A stretch of DNA of 64,000 bases, taken from the NCBI GenBank assembly GCA_964016885.1, contig OZ024740.1, forward strand, positions 413,974,001 to 414,038,000, given 5' to 3'. A program made the position numbers and the translations under genes. Positions within the stretch are counted from its first letter, which is position 1; every line of letters begins with the position of its first letter. The notes under the pieces were generated by a model. The model searched no databases and was not told where the DNA came from. It saw nothing but the letters and a program-made list of their open reading frames with translations. This document shows, in pieces, positions 15,080-32,931 of the stretch. The stretch comes from Eledone cirrhosa (Eukaryota).

Positions 15080-16985
15080 GGCTGAAGGAATAAAAGTGGG
15101 GAGTTCAGGCCGGGGGGAGTGTGGGTCTGTAAGATGAAGATGGTTCGTTGTTCAACTCTTAGGAGATTGGCGGGTGTTCCGTGGCATTGGAGTAGGCCAC
15201 AGACTGTGAGATGGTGTGCGGAATGTCCAGGGGCACCAAAGTGGCGGGCGATGGGGGAACTACCACCGAGACGAATATCCCGGAGGTGCTCAGTAAATCT
15301 GTCCGCCAGGCGACGTCCAGTCTGTCCGATGTAAGTCGCGATGCACTCCGTGCAGCGAAGTCCATAGACTAGGTTGGAGGAGGTGCAGCGAAAGGCATGC
15401 CGGACAGAGCGAGAGTGGCCGTTGGGACCCTGGAAGGTGGTGGTGTTGGTGATGTGGGGACAGGTGTTGCAGCGGGGCCTAGAACAGGGAAAGAAACCGG
15501 GGGGGGAGCGTGGGTTGGGGGTAGGGAGCTGTGGACGAGGAGGGTGCGGAGATTGCGTGCGCGTTTGAAGGAGGGGAGTGGTGGGGCTGGGAAGATGTGG
15601 GAGGTGGAGGGGTCGGACTGGAGGCGTCGGAAGAGGCGGAGGATGGTGCGGTGGAGGGGTATGGTGGAGGGGTGGTAGGTGATGGGGACGGGGAGATGGT
15701 GGGTGGGTGTGTGGTGGCGTGTGGTGAGGGTGGTGGAGCGGTGGACAGCACGGGCGCGAGTGAGAGCGGTGCGGACGAGAGGGGGGGGGGGGGGGTAACC
15801 TCTGCGGATGAAATGGCTGACTAGGGAAAGGGCCTGGGACTCAAAGTCGGCATCTTGGCTACAGAGGCAGCGGATCCGGAGGAGTTGGGAGTAGGGAATA
15901 GAGTGTTTAGTGTGTGTGGGGTGGGAAGAGGTGAAGTCGAGGTAAGAATGGGAGTCGGTGGGTTTGAAGAAGGCGGAGGTGACGAGGGAGTGGTGGGAGG
16001 GGTCGATGGCGACGGAGATGTCTAAGAAGTGGACGTGGGTGGTGGAGATAGAGGTGGTGAAGTGGAGGGAGGGGTGGAAGGAGTAGAAGAAGGAGAGAAA
16101 GGAGTCGAGCTGTTCTCGGGTGAGGGTCGTGGCTCCGATACAGTCGTCGATGTAACGACCGTACAGTTCGGGCGTGGGGCCGGTGTACTGGGCAAAGATT
16201 TGAGCCTCAACATAGCCAACAAAAAGGTTGGCATAGTTTGGGCCCATTCTTGTACCCATGGCTACCCCCGTGACCTGTTGGTAAAACTCACCCGAGAAGG
16301 AGAAACAGTTGAGGGTGAGGACCAGCTCGGCGAGGCGAAGAGGGTGGAGGTGGAGGGAATGGGGGAGGGGCGAAGGTCGAGGTAGTGTTTGAGGGCGCGT
16401 AGGCCGTCGGCGTGGGGGATGACGGTATAGAGGGACTTGATGTCTAGGGTGAAGAGGAAGGGCTGTGGGCCGGGTGGGTAGGTGAAGGAGTCGAAAAGGC
16501 GCAGGGCGTGGTTGGTGTCGGAGATGTGGGCGGGGAGGGTGGTGACAAGGGGGGCGAGGATGGAGTCGAGAAAGGCGGAGATGAGTTCGGTGAGGCAGTT
16601 CCAAGCGGAGATGATGGGGCGGCCGGGGTTGTCGGGTTTGTGGAGTTTGGGGTGGAAGTAGATGGTGGGGGTGCGGGGGGTGCGGACGATGAGGTGGGAA
16701 GCGGTGGGGGAGGAGGGAGGAGGAGACAAGGTGTTGGATGATGGAGGAAACTTGTTGTTGGTAGAGGGGTGTGGGATCGGAGAGTAGAGGGCGGTAAAAG
16801 AGGGGGTTACGGAGCTGCCTGAGGGCTTCGGCCGTGTAGAGGTCCGCGCGCCACACCATCACGGCGCCTCCCTTGTCCGCCGGTTTGATGATGATGTCAT
16901 CTCGGCTACGGAGGGAGCGGAGAGCGAGGAGTTCACCCCGTGAGATGTTATTCCGTTTGGAACGGTGGCGGAAGTCGAAACGATT
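15080..16985 (-). pseudogene. PLE RT-GIY-YIG ORF with several frameshifts
   Basis: RT motifs are split between ORFs 15369-16862 and 16262-16729; the endonuclease continues to about 15080 (EQRTIFILQTHTPPGLN). Confidence 0.85.
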
Positions 16986-16986
16986 T

Positions 16987-17032
<46 letters not shown>

Positions 17033-17420
17033 CAGAAAAGCCAAAGATGAAAAATTAACATACTTTCTTCTTCTGACACATGTTTCTATGAAAATAAGCA
17101 AGAATACAACAAGAAACGTGTCAATTCTTCATGTTTTCAATTTCTGAATTATTATTTATGTGCTTTGTATCACCGCTTTCATACTGCAAGTTAGATTTAC
17201 TTACATGAAGATTGGTTCTTGAATACTTTTAAGAATTATTCCAGTGGTGAGAAAATTTGTCTTTCTTAATGATTGAGAATTATACTGGGAATCAGATATT
17301 ATTGGCATATGTCTTTATTTACCTGAATATTTACCCTTGCATTATAGAGATGTCAACATGAATGGACCAGTTATTTTTATCTAAAGACATTGTTTCCAAT
17401 TCCATCCCGCCCGTCCCCTC

Positions 17421-17562
17421 AATCTATTTTATTTCTCATTCTTCTGATGAAGGACTAGCGTTCGAAATGTTAAGACCCTCTTCCTGCTATATCAAGCGTT
17501 AACCTAATATATACCTTCCATATACTGTACCGATTGTGTTGTTATTTCTGTTTACCTTTTAC
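17421..17562 (+). mobile_element. Pseudo-LTR fragment with HHR (17440-17475)
   Basis: Near-identical to 1-150; CTGATGA..GAAA; ends in (TA)n. Confidence 0.7.
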
Positions 17563-17567
17563 ATACA

Positions 17568-17671
<104 letters not shown>

Positions 17672-19239
17672 TAGAGAAGTGACACAGGAGTTGATATATA
17701 TAAAAGATAGTAAAAATGAAAAAACAGTAGAAAATGCTAAAGAGATTTATTTACAAAATAGGAATTTCCCCATTATTTGTACCGGTTTCACCTTGTAGGC
17801 TTCTTCATATGATGGAAATGTATAATACAATGAAATTGCATATTAATAAGAACAATAAGAATATGGGGAAAAAAATTATTTTTACATGCATATATATAGA
17901 GAAAAGTTCACACTTTTGTCTGCAGTTTTCTTTCTTTCTCTCTTACTGTTGACCTTAGCCGTGTCACCACCAACTGTTAGCGGGGACAATGACAGTGGTA
18001 GTCGCCATAGTAGTGGCGGCGCTTGAAATGGTAGTGAGGGTGGTGGTGCTAATGTGGTGTTTCATGTTATTTATTTATTGTTTTCTTTGTTTTTTGTTGT
18101 TTTTTTGTGTGTGTTTCTTTTTTAATTTTTAAAACAGGTAAATGAGTACAGAACGTAGAAGACGGTTTAATTATGATTTAAACCTCATTACAGTAAGAGT
18201 TGTTATGTTTTTTATTGTTGTTGTTGTTGTTGTTGTTCAGAAGGAAAGCTGTATATCACAGACGTTTTGGGAAGTTGGGTAGACGCCATGTTGACTGCGA
18301 CGACTGTACTTGTAGTGGAGGTGGGAGGGGTGAAAGAGGTGATAATCACGGATGTGATGAAGTCTTCAAGAAGGTGCTAGGATGATTTGATTGTAATATT
18401 CATAAAGATGGTAGTGATTGTGTTTGTAGTGTTTATAATGGTTGTGTTAGTGATGTTGGTGTAGATAATGATGACTGCCGTTCTGGTTGTGGTGTTGTTG
18501 AAGACGATGTCTGTGACGATGCTCCTCGTTCTGATGATGGTTGTGATAGTGATGATTCTGGTAATACTGAAGGTGTTGCTTGTATTTCTCGTTCTCATGG
18601 ATTAAATTATATTAAATAAATAAGATGAATACAGAAAACAAGTAAACGAAGAAATAAATGAGTAATTATTGACTTAGGCTTAATAAGTTTAAAAGCTGAT
18701 TAGTATATGATACGAACTCTTTACCTTAATTTTCACTGTGTAAGTGAAAAAGACGAACTAATAAATAAATGGTAGTAGGCAACAAATAATTGTATTGTTC
18801 TCGAACATCATAGTTACTCATAAAGAAGACAGTAAATTGTTGTTGTGATTGTAGATAAAGTCCTTTTTTTCTTCTTGTATGTTTGCCTTATGTCAGACAT
18901 TGTGTCACCGGATAGACCTGCGGTACCGTTGGCTGGGCTCAAAACTAACAAAATCCATCTCAACGACCATGGAGTTCTGTGTCCGTCGTTTGTATTTTTA
19001 TTTTAAAAAAATAATTTTATAAGGTTTCCCCTTAAAAAAATGTTTTTCGTTTTGTTTTGTTTCCATTCGTTGTCTTGTCCTCTCTTTGTTAATTGTCTTA
19101 AGAAGTTTATATATATATATACATATATATATATAAACTTCTTATATATGTGTTTGCGTGTGTGTGTGTCTGAGTATGTGTGTGTGCGGGTGTGTGTGCG
19201 TGTGTGCGTAAATTCTTTAAAAAAGCATGATTTACAGAA

Positions 19240-19550
19240 GTAATGAAGGTGTGTTCATCATTTGAATAAGAAAAGCCGGTTTACCTTAATGGTGGCAAAT
19301 ATGTTTAGTACTCCTCAATCCTAAGATTTGACAATCAATACAATATCTTGCATCAACGAATTAGAGTACACAAGCAACAAATACCGAACTCAGGCCTGAG
19401 GAAAACCCCACTCAGTGAACATTTAGGTATTTGCGGGAACAACACACAGTAGATATTCCTTTTGTTTAAATGTTCAAGGGAGGATCAAATGTACTGGCTA
19501 GAAACGGAAAATTGTTTTATACAGAATTTCGCTCCAATACTATCTATAAC
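19240..19550 (+). pseudogene. Degenerate Neptune-like GIY-YIG fragment
   Basis: QRIRVHKQQIPNSGLRKTPLSEHLGICG resembles DRVRVHKQQIKDPTVRNTTCSAHFASCG of the 34877-36211 ORF. Confidence 0.65.
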
Positions 19551-19759
19551 ATCTCTCCGTAAACAGGTGCAAAAATGCAATAGCGAACTTCCCGTTTGAC
19601 AACACTTTTATTAACAACTAATTTTAAATATTGATAAGAATTAGATTCACATTACATACAAAGTGTTTTTAATATATTTGTATCTCAGTAATAAACAAAG
19701 TAACAAAATATTATGTTATTTCAAACACACACACGGATACACACGTACACACGAGCAAC

Positions 19760-19836
<77 letters not shown>

Positions 19837-19970
19837 GAGAGTGAGGGTTTTTTTACAAAATTAAAAATAACCGAGGTGTCCTACACGAGTGAAAGTATAA
19901 CGAAAAAAAGATGAAATCGAAAATGCAACTGGAGTCTTTTTTTTTTTAAATATATATATTTATTTGGTTC

Positions 19971-20006
19971 CTTTACCGGTTTCGCTGTTCTTCTGCTTTT
20001 CAAAAG
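19971..20006 (-). ncRNA. Type I hammerhead ribozyme, U3-A8 core variant
   Basis: ctt-TTGAAAA-gcag(aagaa)cagc-GAAA-ccgg-ta-aag; palindromic stem III accggt. Confidence 0.6.
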
Positions 20007-20889
20007 TAGAGTTGAGATGGAGGGTCTGTGGTTTTTCTCACATCTGGTTGGTCTCTGAATGTTACTTGTCTTATATGGAAAAAAGTGGCTCGAAATGCCA
20101 GGTTTTTAGAGAAGTAGTTTGATTGCTTGGTCAATAATTATAATAAATTTCGCGCCAGTTCGCGTTACAAAGTTCTTCAAACAAGGGGGGGGGGGCACAG
20201 GTTGTTTTTTCATATATGAGTGTTTGAATTTCTTTTTACTCAAAAAAAGGGGGCTCACAAAGGCTTTTTTTTAAATAAACGTAATTTGATTGGTTATAAA
20301 TGAAATTATAGCTGTCACGTGAACAAGTTTTCATTAAATTTTCGCGCCCTTATTTGGAAATCTATTCTGTAGCCTTTTTAGAGAATTTTATGACAAGCAA
20401 AAGAGAAATTGGTCAAGAGAAATTGGATGGGAGAATTGTTCTGGTTCAGTGAATATGGTTAGTTCGCTGGGGTGTCAGAATTCAGATTTTCTATTGAATA
20501 AAGAAAGTAAAGATATGTATGTTTATTTGTGTGCTTGTGTGTGTGTGTGTGTGTGTTTGTGTATTTGAATTTCTTTTTACTTAAAAAAAGGGGCTCACGA
20601 AGGCTTTTTTTGATAAACGTAATTTGATTGGTTATGAATGAAATTTGATTGGTTATGAATGAAATTATGGCTGTCACGTGAACAAGTTTTCATTAAATTT
20701 TCGCGCCCTTATTTGGAAATCTATTCTGTAGCCTTTTTAGAGAATTTATGACAAGCAAAAGATAATGGTCAAGAGAAATTGGATGTTAGAATTGTTCTGG
20801 TTCAGTGATATGGTTAGTTCGCTGGGGTGTCAGAATTCAGATTTTCTATTGAATAAAGAAAGTAAAGATGTGTATGTTTATTTGTATGC

Positions 20890-20947
<58 letters not shown>

Positions 20948-21339
20948 TGGAAGATGATTTTATTAGTAGAAATGGGGGAGGGAGTTGTGTGTGTGTGTAT
21001 ATGGGTGTTATGTGTGTGTGTGTGTGTGGGAGTATGTTAAGATGGAGAGAATATATATATATTTTGTGTGTGTATATATGTGTGTGTAGGAAAATGATTC
21101 TATTAGTAGAAATGGGGGAGGGAGTTGTGTGTGTGGGGGTGGGGGTTGTTATGTGTGTGTATGGGTGTTATGTGTGTGGGAGTATGGTTAGCATGTTAAG
21201 ATGAAGAGAATATATATATATATATTGTGCGTGTGTGTAGGAAAATGATTCCTTTAGTAGGAATATTTTTGAATGAACATATTTTCCTTACTTATTCGTA
21301 TTTGTTCTGTTGTATTGTCAGCGCAAACGTATGTTAAGG

Positions 21340-23732
21340 TTTATTTAGTTCGGGTTTTTATTTTCTAAAGTAGCAGGTGTTATGTGTGTGTGTATGTGTC
21401 TGTTTGGATGGTTAGCATGTTATGGTGTTGACATAATGTATATTAAACCATATTTAATGCTGGTCTATATTTTTGAATAAACATATTTTTCTTATTTATT
21501 CGTATTTGTTCTGTTGTATTGTTAGCGCAAAGGTAAAATGGGAAGACTTGGAATTTGGGTGTCTTATTACTTGCGCATATGTCTAGATGTACGCTTAGTG
21601 GTATCTGTCTCGTGGTTGGATCTCGTAATTGTTGTCATTCTGTTTCTGAGTGTGAGTTTAGTTTGTCCTATATAATCTTCATTGCATCCTTTACATTTAA
21701 TGGCATGAATTAGATTTTTTGATGAGCAAGTGAAGTGATTTTTTACAGCAAAATTTTGTCCTGATTTAAATGTATACGTGTTGCCTTCAATGAGGTGAGT
21801 GCAGGTTCCACAATTAGCGCGACCACATTTTTTTACAGTTGGTTGTGGGTTTGTGGTAGGTAATTTGGCATTGGTGAGTAATGTTTTCAGTGATTTCGGT
21901 TGTCTTTTGCTTTTGATTATTTTGTGTGTTTCAAGGGCTTTTTTCATTCTTGGGTTTTGTTTTAGTAGTGGGATGTTCTTGTGAATAGTGTTGTAAGCTT
22001 CCGCATTTCTTGGGTTGTGTGTTGAGATATATGATAGAATATTGGACGTACCTTGAATTTGTTTGTTTTCGTAATTCATCAATGCCTATTGTTTTAGTCA
22101 ATTTCTATTCCATTATTTATTAATAATGGTGGGTACTCTCTTTCGAGTAGAATTTCCTTTAATTCTTGAAGTCTTTTACTTCGCGTCTCATAATTGGAGA
22201 CAATTGTGCAAATTCTTCTTGCTAGGTTAAAAGGAATGTTCGTCTTCCTGTGCTTTGGATGGTTGGAGGTGAATAGCAGGTATTGTTTGGAATCTGTTAT
22301 TTTGTAGTGTATGTCAGTTTCAATATTTGTGTCTTTTTTTAAGATTAAGATGTCCAGAAATGGGAGTTGATCTTGGCTGTATTCCATTGTGAATTGGATG
22401 TGGTTATTGAGTTTTTGAAATCCTTCAGTTGGTCGAGTGTGTGGGACCAAAGAATGAGACAATCATCCAAGTAGCGTTTCCAATTCTCTGATAAATATTT
22501 GTGGAAGTTCAATCCGTATTTTGATTTGGACTGTTCATATATCTGATCTTCTAAGTATGCCATGACTAAGTTGGCATAAGTTGGAGCGGCTTTTGTACCC
22601 ATCGCAGTCCCCGATATTTGCTTGTAAGTACTGCCATCGAAATCAAAAAAGTTGTTCTGTAAGATGAATTTTAATCCCTCGGTGATGAAACTTGTTTCTA
22701 TTCTGCCAGGTATCTCATTGGGATATCTCTCTAGCCAGAATCCTATTGCTTCTAGTCCGTATTGGTGTGGATCGTTGTGTAGAGATTCACTACATCGAAA
22801 GACGCAATAATAGTGTCGTTGTTGACATGTTTGGGGAGGTGGTTTCAGAGGTCCAGATCGTCTCTTACAAGGCTTGGTATGTGTTTGAGAATTGGTTTTA
22901 GTAGTATGTCTATAAAGTTACTCAGTCTGTGTGTTTCACATTGTGGGCCCGCTACAATTGATCTTAATTTAAGGTCTGTGGGGTATTGTGTGTTCACGCA
23001 GGCTAAGGTGGATTGTTTACAGGCATCGTTAATTATTTTACACTTGTGGCTCTTCGGAAGTCCGTAAAGGTTGCTGGTTTTGTATTCAAAATGTGTTAAA
23101 TAATCGCGTTCGTTTTTAGTTAGGTCTTCCTGGTATCGATAAATCAGTGTGTTTAATCTGGTCATCGTTTCTGATTGCTGGTAGTTTTTTACTCTTCCAT
23201 AGTAATTAGTATTTTGTAAGAGAGAGAACATAGAATTTTTATATTTTTCAGCCTCCATAATGATAACAGTACTTCCCTTGTCCGCTTCCTTAATTATAAT
23301 GTCCGTATTGTTTTTTAGTTCATGGATAATCTCCCATTCCCTTTGACTCGTGTTGGGTTTGGGTTTAGGTTGCGGTAGTTCATGGTATGGGAAAGTAGCT
23401 ATGTGGTCACAAAATTTGTCCAGAATTCTGTTTCTACCTTTTGGTGGGCTGTAGCTGCTTTTATTCCGTACAATTGATTCGTCGTTATTCTCCTTGTCAA
23501 AGAATTGCTCTGTCAGACGTAATTTTCTACAGAAGTGTGAGATATCGTCATTTATCTCATTGGGGTTAGAGTATTGTGGTGTTGGTGTGAATTTCAGTCC
23601 TTTGGAGAGAAGTTTTACTTGTTGGGCTGAGAGGTTTGTATTTGAGAGGTTTGTATTTAAAAGGTTGATTATTTTCGGTTTTTCAAAATCGGTTTGTGCC
23701 ACCGGGTGTCGTAGGTCCTGTAGCCTTGCTCT
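21340..23732 (-). pseudogene. RT-GIY-YIG (ORF2) of element 1, frameshifted
   Basis: LSKGLKFTPTP, IKEADKG, YGLPK, MGTKAAPTYANL, WKRYLDD, LPFLD, CGRANCGTC, CKGC..YIGQT across ORFs 22845-23702, 22345-22602, 22094-22462 and 21567-22082. Confidence 0.9.
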
Positions 23733-24520
23733 AAAAAAATGATTTTTTTCTGGAATGTTTTTAGAATGGTATTATTATATCTAATGGTATTTCTCCTGTT
23801 GTTGTGTGGTCTTGTATAGAAGTTTCGGACGCATTGAGGTTCGGTTTGTTGATATTCCGGGTTGTAGATTTTGTTCCTTTGTGTGGGTTGGGATCTACGG
23901 TTTTGGAACAGGCTCTGTGTGGGCAGGGGTCTACGGTTTTGGAATAGGTTTTGTGTGGGTTGTAATCTGCGGATCGGGTCCTGCATTGTGTTCGGGGATC
24001 TTCGGTTTTTGTTAGTAGGGTTATAGTTTTGTCTATGGTTTCTGGGATTATCGTTATAGTTTTGCTGGGGTTATGTTGGACGTTTTGTTACTTTTTTTGT
24101 TATTTGTTGTGCATGTTTTGTTACTTTTTTGTTATTTGTTGTGCATGTGGTGTGTGAGTTTTAGTTTGTTGTAAAAATGGGTTACCTGTATGTTGTTCAT
24201 TTTTGAAGTCCATTTCGTAGTTGTTGAGCCAGGTGGCGTTTTTTTCCCATCGCTGGAGAGATGTTAGTTCTTCATCCTCACAGTTTTCTTTCCAAAGTTT
24301 TGAGTTTTTTTCGTAGAGTAGGCCTTCAGAGTGCTTTGAGATTTCTGTGTCCATCTGTTGGTCGAGTGACTTGAATTTTTCTTCATTGGAGTTGGCTCTT
24401 AATCGCAACAGTTCTATTTCTATTTTAAATTTTTCTAACGCCATCTTCTCCCTAAGTCTTTGTTGGTTTTCTGGTTCATTCGGGATGGGTTTTATTTGGG
24501 GTTTTGGGGGGAGGATGATA
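23669..24520 (-). pseudogene. ORF1 of element 1 (helical domain plus basic low-complexity tail), truncated and disrupted
   Basis: ORF 24121-24534 aligns by eye with ORF 37140-38318 (ILP.K..IK.IP.E, EI.LLRLR, EKF, LW, EEL.S, WL..YE); ORF 23669-23986 is the C-terminal part. Confidence 0.75.
23732..23738 (-). promoter_or_regulatory. Candidate -1 ribosomal frameshift slippery site U_UUU_UUA
   Basis: ORF1 reads atT TTT TTA gag; the -1 frame reads FFRARLQDLRHPVAQTDFEKPKIINL into the RT ORF. Confidence 0.6.
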
Positions 24521-24584
24521 TACCCCCACCCCAACCCACCCCATACATATATATATATGGGGAGGGCGGGTATATATATATATC

Positions 24585-28991
<4,407 letters not shown>

Positions 28992-29962
28992 CAGGAATGA
29001 CACAGTGAATTCTCCGTTAACAAAGAGATTTGCCACAATCCAAATAATGTCCATTAAAAGACAAATAAAGGAACGAAACATAAGGAACAAAGACGTCTAA
29101 AAATTATGAGTATGTTTGGTTGTATGCAATGGTTAATAAATCAGTTGAATAAAATCAAAGATATAAACTCGCGAGGCGGCAGAAAATGGACAAATCACCT
29201 GCATGAATTGAATCATGCCTCTACACTATGCTAAAACTCATTGCTACCACTATATCAATTGTAGCCGTTGCAACAATTTTAAAGAACATGAGTGATATGC
29301 TACAAATGCTACCATTCTAATTCTGAAGGAAGGGCAGTGCATATCTCAAAACTATAAAGAATATAAATATAGAATGAAATTATAGAAATATATAGAAAAA
29401 TTACAAAATTTGCATATTCTTATCTTGTTTATCTTACATCATTCATGACTTTCCCAGTTGATATGTAATCTGATTTCGCGTTTGTTTTTCAGATTCCTAA
29501 TATAAGTGGATGTCTTGGCGGCATTCTTCAATTCTATGTTTCTGATGGAAGACGTGTAATTGAAATAGTGTAATTTGGATCAACTTCCCACAATTCTTCT
29601 ATATCTAGTTTCACGGAAATTACATCAGCTTAGTTTCTGAGGGAGTAATTTACTTCTAATTGTTTGGCTGCATTTCTTGTAATAATATTTTTTCAGTTAT
29701 TGTAGAAATATAACTTGTTTTAAACTTATTTCATTTAAATTATTTCCTGTAAAGGGGATTGATCGGGAACTAGTTGATTGATTAAGCCTAAGGAGTATGT
29801 AGATATGCAGAATTTAATGTTTAACAAGAAACTGAGATTGAACCAAATAAATTTTCGGCATTTTCCCTTGTTGGAGAGAGGCAGTGAATTAGAGTTATAG
29901 TTAATGTCATTTGTATTTCTGATTGCTCTTAGTGTGTTATTATATTAGGAGGCATTATTAGG

Positions 29963-30460
29963 GCCGTGAATCGGCGGTATCGGTAGAGGGTTGGACGCCA
30001 TGCTTTCTAGCATAGTTACGTCCCTTTACAGTCTGAGTTCAAATCCCGCCGAGGTTAACTTTGCCTTTCATCCAACGGGGTCGATAAAATAAAGTACTAG
30101 TAATGTACTGGGTAATTGCTGGCCTTGTGCCTAAAGTAGAAACAATTATTATATTAGGGTGGTGAATTGGCGGTATCGGTAGAGGGTCGGACGCCATGCT
30201 TTGCAGCATAGAGTTAATTGCTGGCCTTGTGCCTATTGTAGAAACAATTATATTAGGAGGCACTAGAGTGGTGGATTGGCAGTATCAGTAGAGGGTCGGA
30301 CACCAGGTTTTGCAGCAAATCCCGCCGAGGTTAACTTTGCCTTTCATCCTTACGGGGTCGATAAAATAAAGTATGAGTCACGCACTGGGGACGATTTAAT
30401 CGGCATCCCCCTCCTCCAAAATATGCTGGCCTTGTGCCTATATAAGAAACCATTATATTA
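29963..30460 (+). mobile_element. Three tandem tRNA-derived SINE copies (two internally deleted)
   Basis: Repeated ggc(g/a)gtatc(g/a)gtagaggg heads and ..gaaac(a/c)attatattag tails at about 29963, 30158 and 30268. Confidence 0.8.
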
Positions 30461-31065
30461 GTAGGTACTATTTCGAAAATATAATCTTTTCACGAAAGGT
30501 TATAGAATCTTCTACTAGGAAAATTCCTCATGTGTAACCGGACTATTTGTTCCTACATGAGACTTTTGCTAGATTTTCTGTACATATATGAATGCATATT
30601 GTTATTTAAAACCAGTTTTAAGAAATTAGTTTAATCTTCCATATATATATGCAAATTGGTGCGACTATTTCAGAATGATACTAAGAACAAATTAGCATAT
30701 ACACTCATCAAATACATGTTTCCTTGTGGTTGAGTGGATGATATACAGGTCCTCTGCTGAGGATCCAGTTAGATCCGAAAATCGATTAAAGAAGTTTCGC
30801 ATCTTTTTCAATTTACAGGGAAATTCGTGTGTGCGTGTATATATATATATATATTAGAAACGGGAAGTAAGATTCTATACAAAACAGTAGTTATAGAGAA
30901 AAGCTGAAGTTGGAAATTGCACGGAAAATATATATTTTCTTTATTTCCTTTTTTTTTCTTTTCTTTGATTCGTCAAAGTGATATTATTGAACAAATGAAA
31001 GGGACAATTCTTTTAAAAAAGAGTTTTATAATGTATATAAAGTATATAAAATATTACCGGTTTCA

Positions 31066-31254
31066 ATGGATTGGCAGTATAGGTAAAGGGTCTGACGCCA
31101 TGCTTTGCAACAAAACGTTACGGCTGTTTATGGTCAGAATTCAAATTCCGCCGAGATTAACTTTGCCTTTCATCCTTACGGGGTCGATAGACTAAAGCAC
31201 CAGTAATACACTGGGGTAATTGCTGGTCGTGTGCTAAAAGTAGAAACAATTATT
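31066..31254 (+). mobile_element. tRNA-derived SINE
   Basis: Same family as 10050-10243. Confidence 0.75.
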
Positions 31255-31479
31255 AAAATTCATTTTATCAAATGTTAAGTATTACAATTAAAAAGAATTA
31301 ATAAGAATTAAAAACTAAAAATTAAAGATTTAAAATTAAGAGGTAAGTTTCTTTTCATCTCCCTTGTTGACATATATTTATATATATATATATATACTTG
31401 TGTATAATGGTAGCTATGGTGCTTCCATAGGCGGTATGCCAAAATTAGCACTCAATATTCAGCAGAGTAGATAGTATAA

Positions 31480-31760
31480 AGAAAACGAAATATCAGTGAT
31501 GCATCTGGACTCAATTTATTGCGTGTTAGAATTGTTTCGCCGGCAGGTAGCTCGAGACATGGTCCCTGTGTGGATCTGGCTGATTCTACGGCTGCAGGTT
31601 CCTTCAGACACGGGTAGTTCGTTCGGAGCAAATTTTATCACTGGGGTGTTATCATCAAAAACCACCCTCAAAAAACCTCTTCCACTGCTATCATGCCATT
31701 GGCTGTTTTTACTCCACGTCATCTTAAGTTCTGGTCAGTATTTACTTCTACACGAGTCAT
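31480..31760 (-). mobile_element. Pseudo-LTR with degenerate long-stem-II HHR (31523-31611)
   Basis: Homologous to 45350-45580 (aaaacgaa..atcagtgatgcatc..caatttatt..); core CTGA(A/G)G..GAAA..caatt. Confidence 0.5.
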
Positions 31761-32197
31761 CAGCCATTTTCCGTCCGACACACTTCAATGGAGTCATGTT
31801 AAGTTCAGTTTCTCACACGTCTGTTCACGCTCAAGAGCAAGCACCCACACATACGAATACACACACACATACACACACACAGGCAGACACAGACACATGC
31901 GTGCATACACACATGTACGAAAACATGCGTAGACACACATACTCCCACACATATACATATATGTATATATACACACACACGCTCTCCCTCACTTCCACGG
32001 ACCCAGGCACACCCACTTCTAGATGCATACCGCCACAAGCCTTTTAACGGCTGCTTAAGTCGCGCCATATATCCGGTCCGACAGGCACGGTCCACGCAAA
32101 CATACACATATACACACACACATACGCGCGCACACATACCTACGCACAACCTTATATACATTTATATATATACACTCATATACACACATATATACAT

Positions 32198-32230
<33 letters not shown>

Positions 32231-32568
32231 AATACATGCACACACATACATACAAAATACACATACGTACACAAAATTACATACACACATATATATATAT
32301 ATACAAAACAACCCTACATGCATACGCACACCCACATATATACATACATATACACATGCAGACATATATACATATACATATACATACGGACTGCCACATG
32401 CAGACACATGCACATATGCATATTTGCTTACACACACATGTATCCACATATACATATATAAACAAAACCGTAAATTAAAAATACATTATATAATAAAAAA
32501 ACACAATATACCAGAAAATAACGGTAAAATAACATAACATAAAATATCAATATAGTATACAATATAAA

Positions 32569-32600
<32 letters not shown>

Positions 32601-32888
32601 GTACACACATTCATACATACATATACGGATATATACAATGGATATATGATAAAATAATTAAAATAATAGTAATAAAATGTATATATACTCCATATATAAT
32701 CATCTGTACACATTCCTGTGAGATGTACATAAACATATACATGTATACACAAATACACATACACATATAGAGGCCCACACAGCATACACCCGCACCCACA
32801 CACATATATATATATACACACACACATACGCACCTACATACACACACATACTCATACGTAGCTATACGTACATACACACATATATATA

Positions 32889-32931
<43 letters not shown>

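Larger units (their letters stand above)
13510..16990 (-). mobile_element. 5'-truncated GC-rich Neptune-like PLE
   Basis: IIIKPADKGGAV, PGRPIIS, LDIKSLYT, GVAMGTRMGP, RYIDD, FLD, YIGQTGRRL..H; 3' HHR at 13599-13630; (TA)n on both sides. Confidence 0.9.
19835..24530 (-). mobile_element. Two-ORF Neptune-like PLE (element 1), 5'-truncated within ORF1
   Basis: ORF1 remnant 24520-23669, RT-EN 23732 to about 21340, 3' region with internal tandem duplications (about 20200-20890 and 20945-21240), HHR at 19971-20006. Confidence 0.85.

Noticed and set aside
18370-18600. T/I/N-rich ORF; also the His-rich ORF at 48583-49077
   Set aside because: Degenerate trinucleotide and dinucleotide repeats with no coding evidence.
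30750-30794. Hammerhead-like ctgctga-ggatc..gatcc-gaaa-atcgat
   Set aside because: Core A6 is mutated, stem I is poor and it is a single copy; probably a dead relic.
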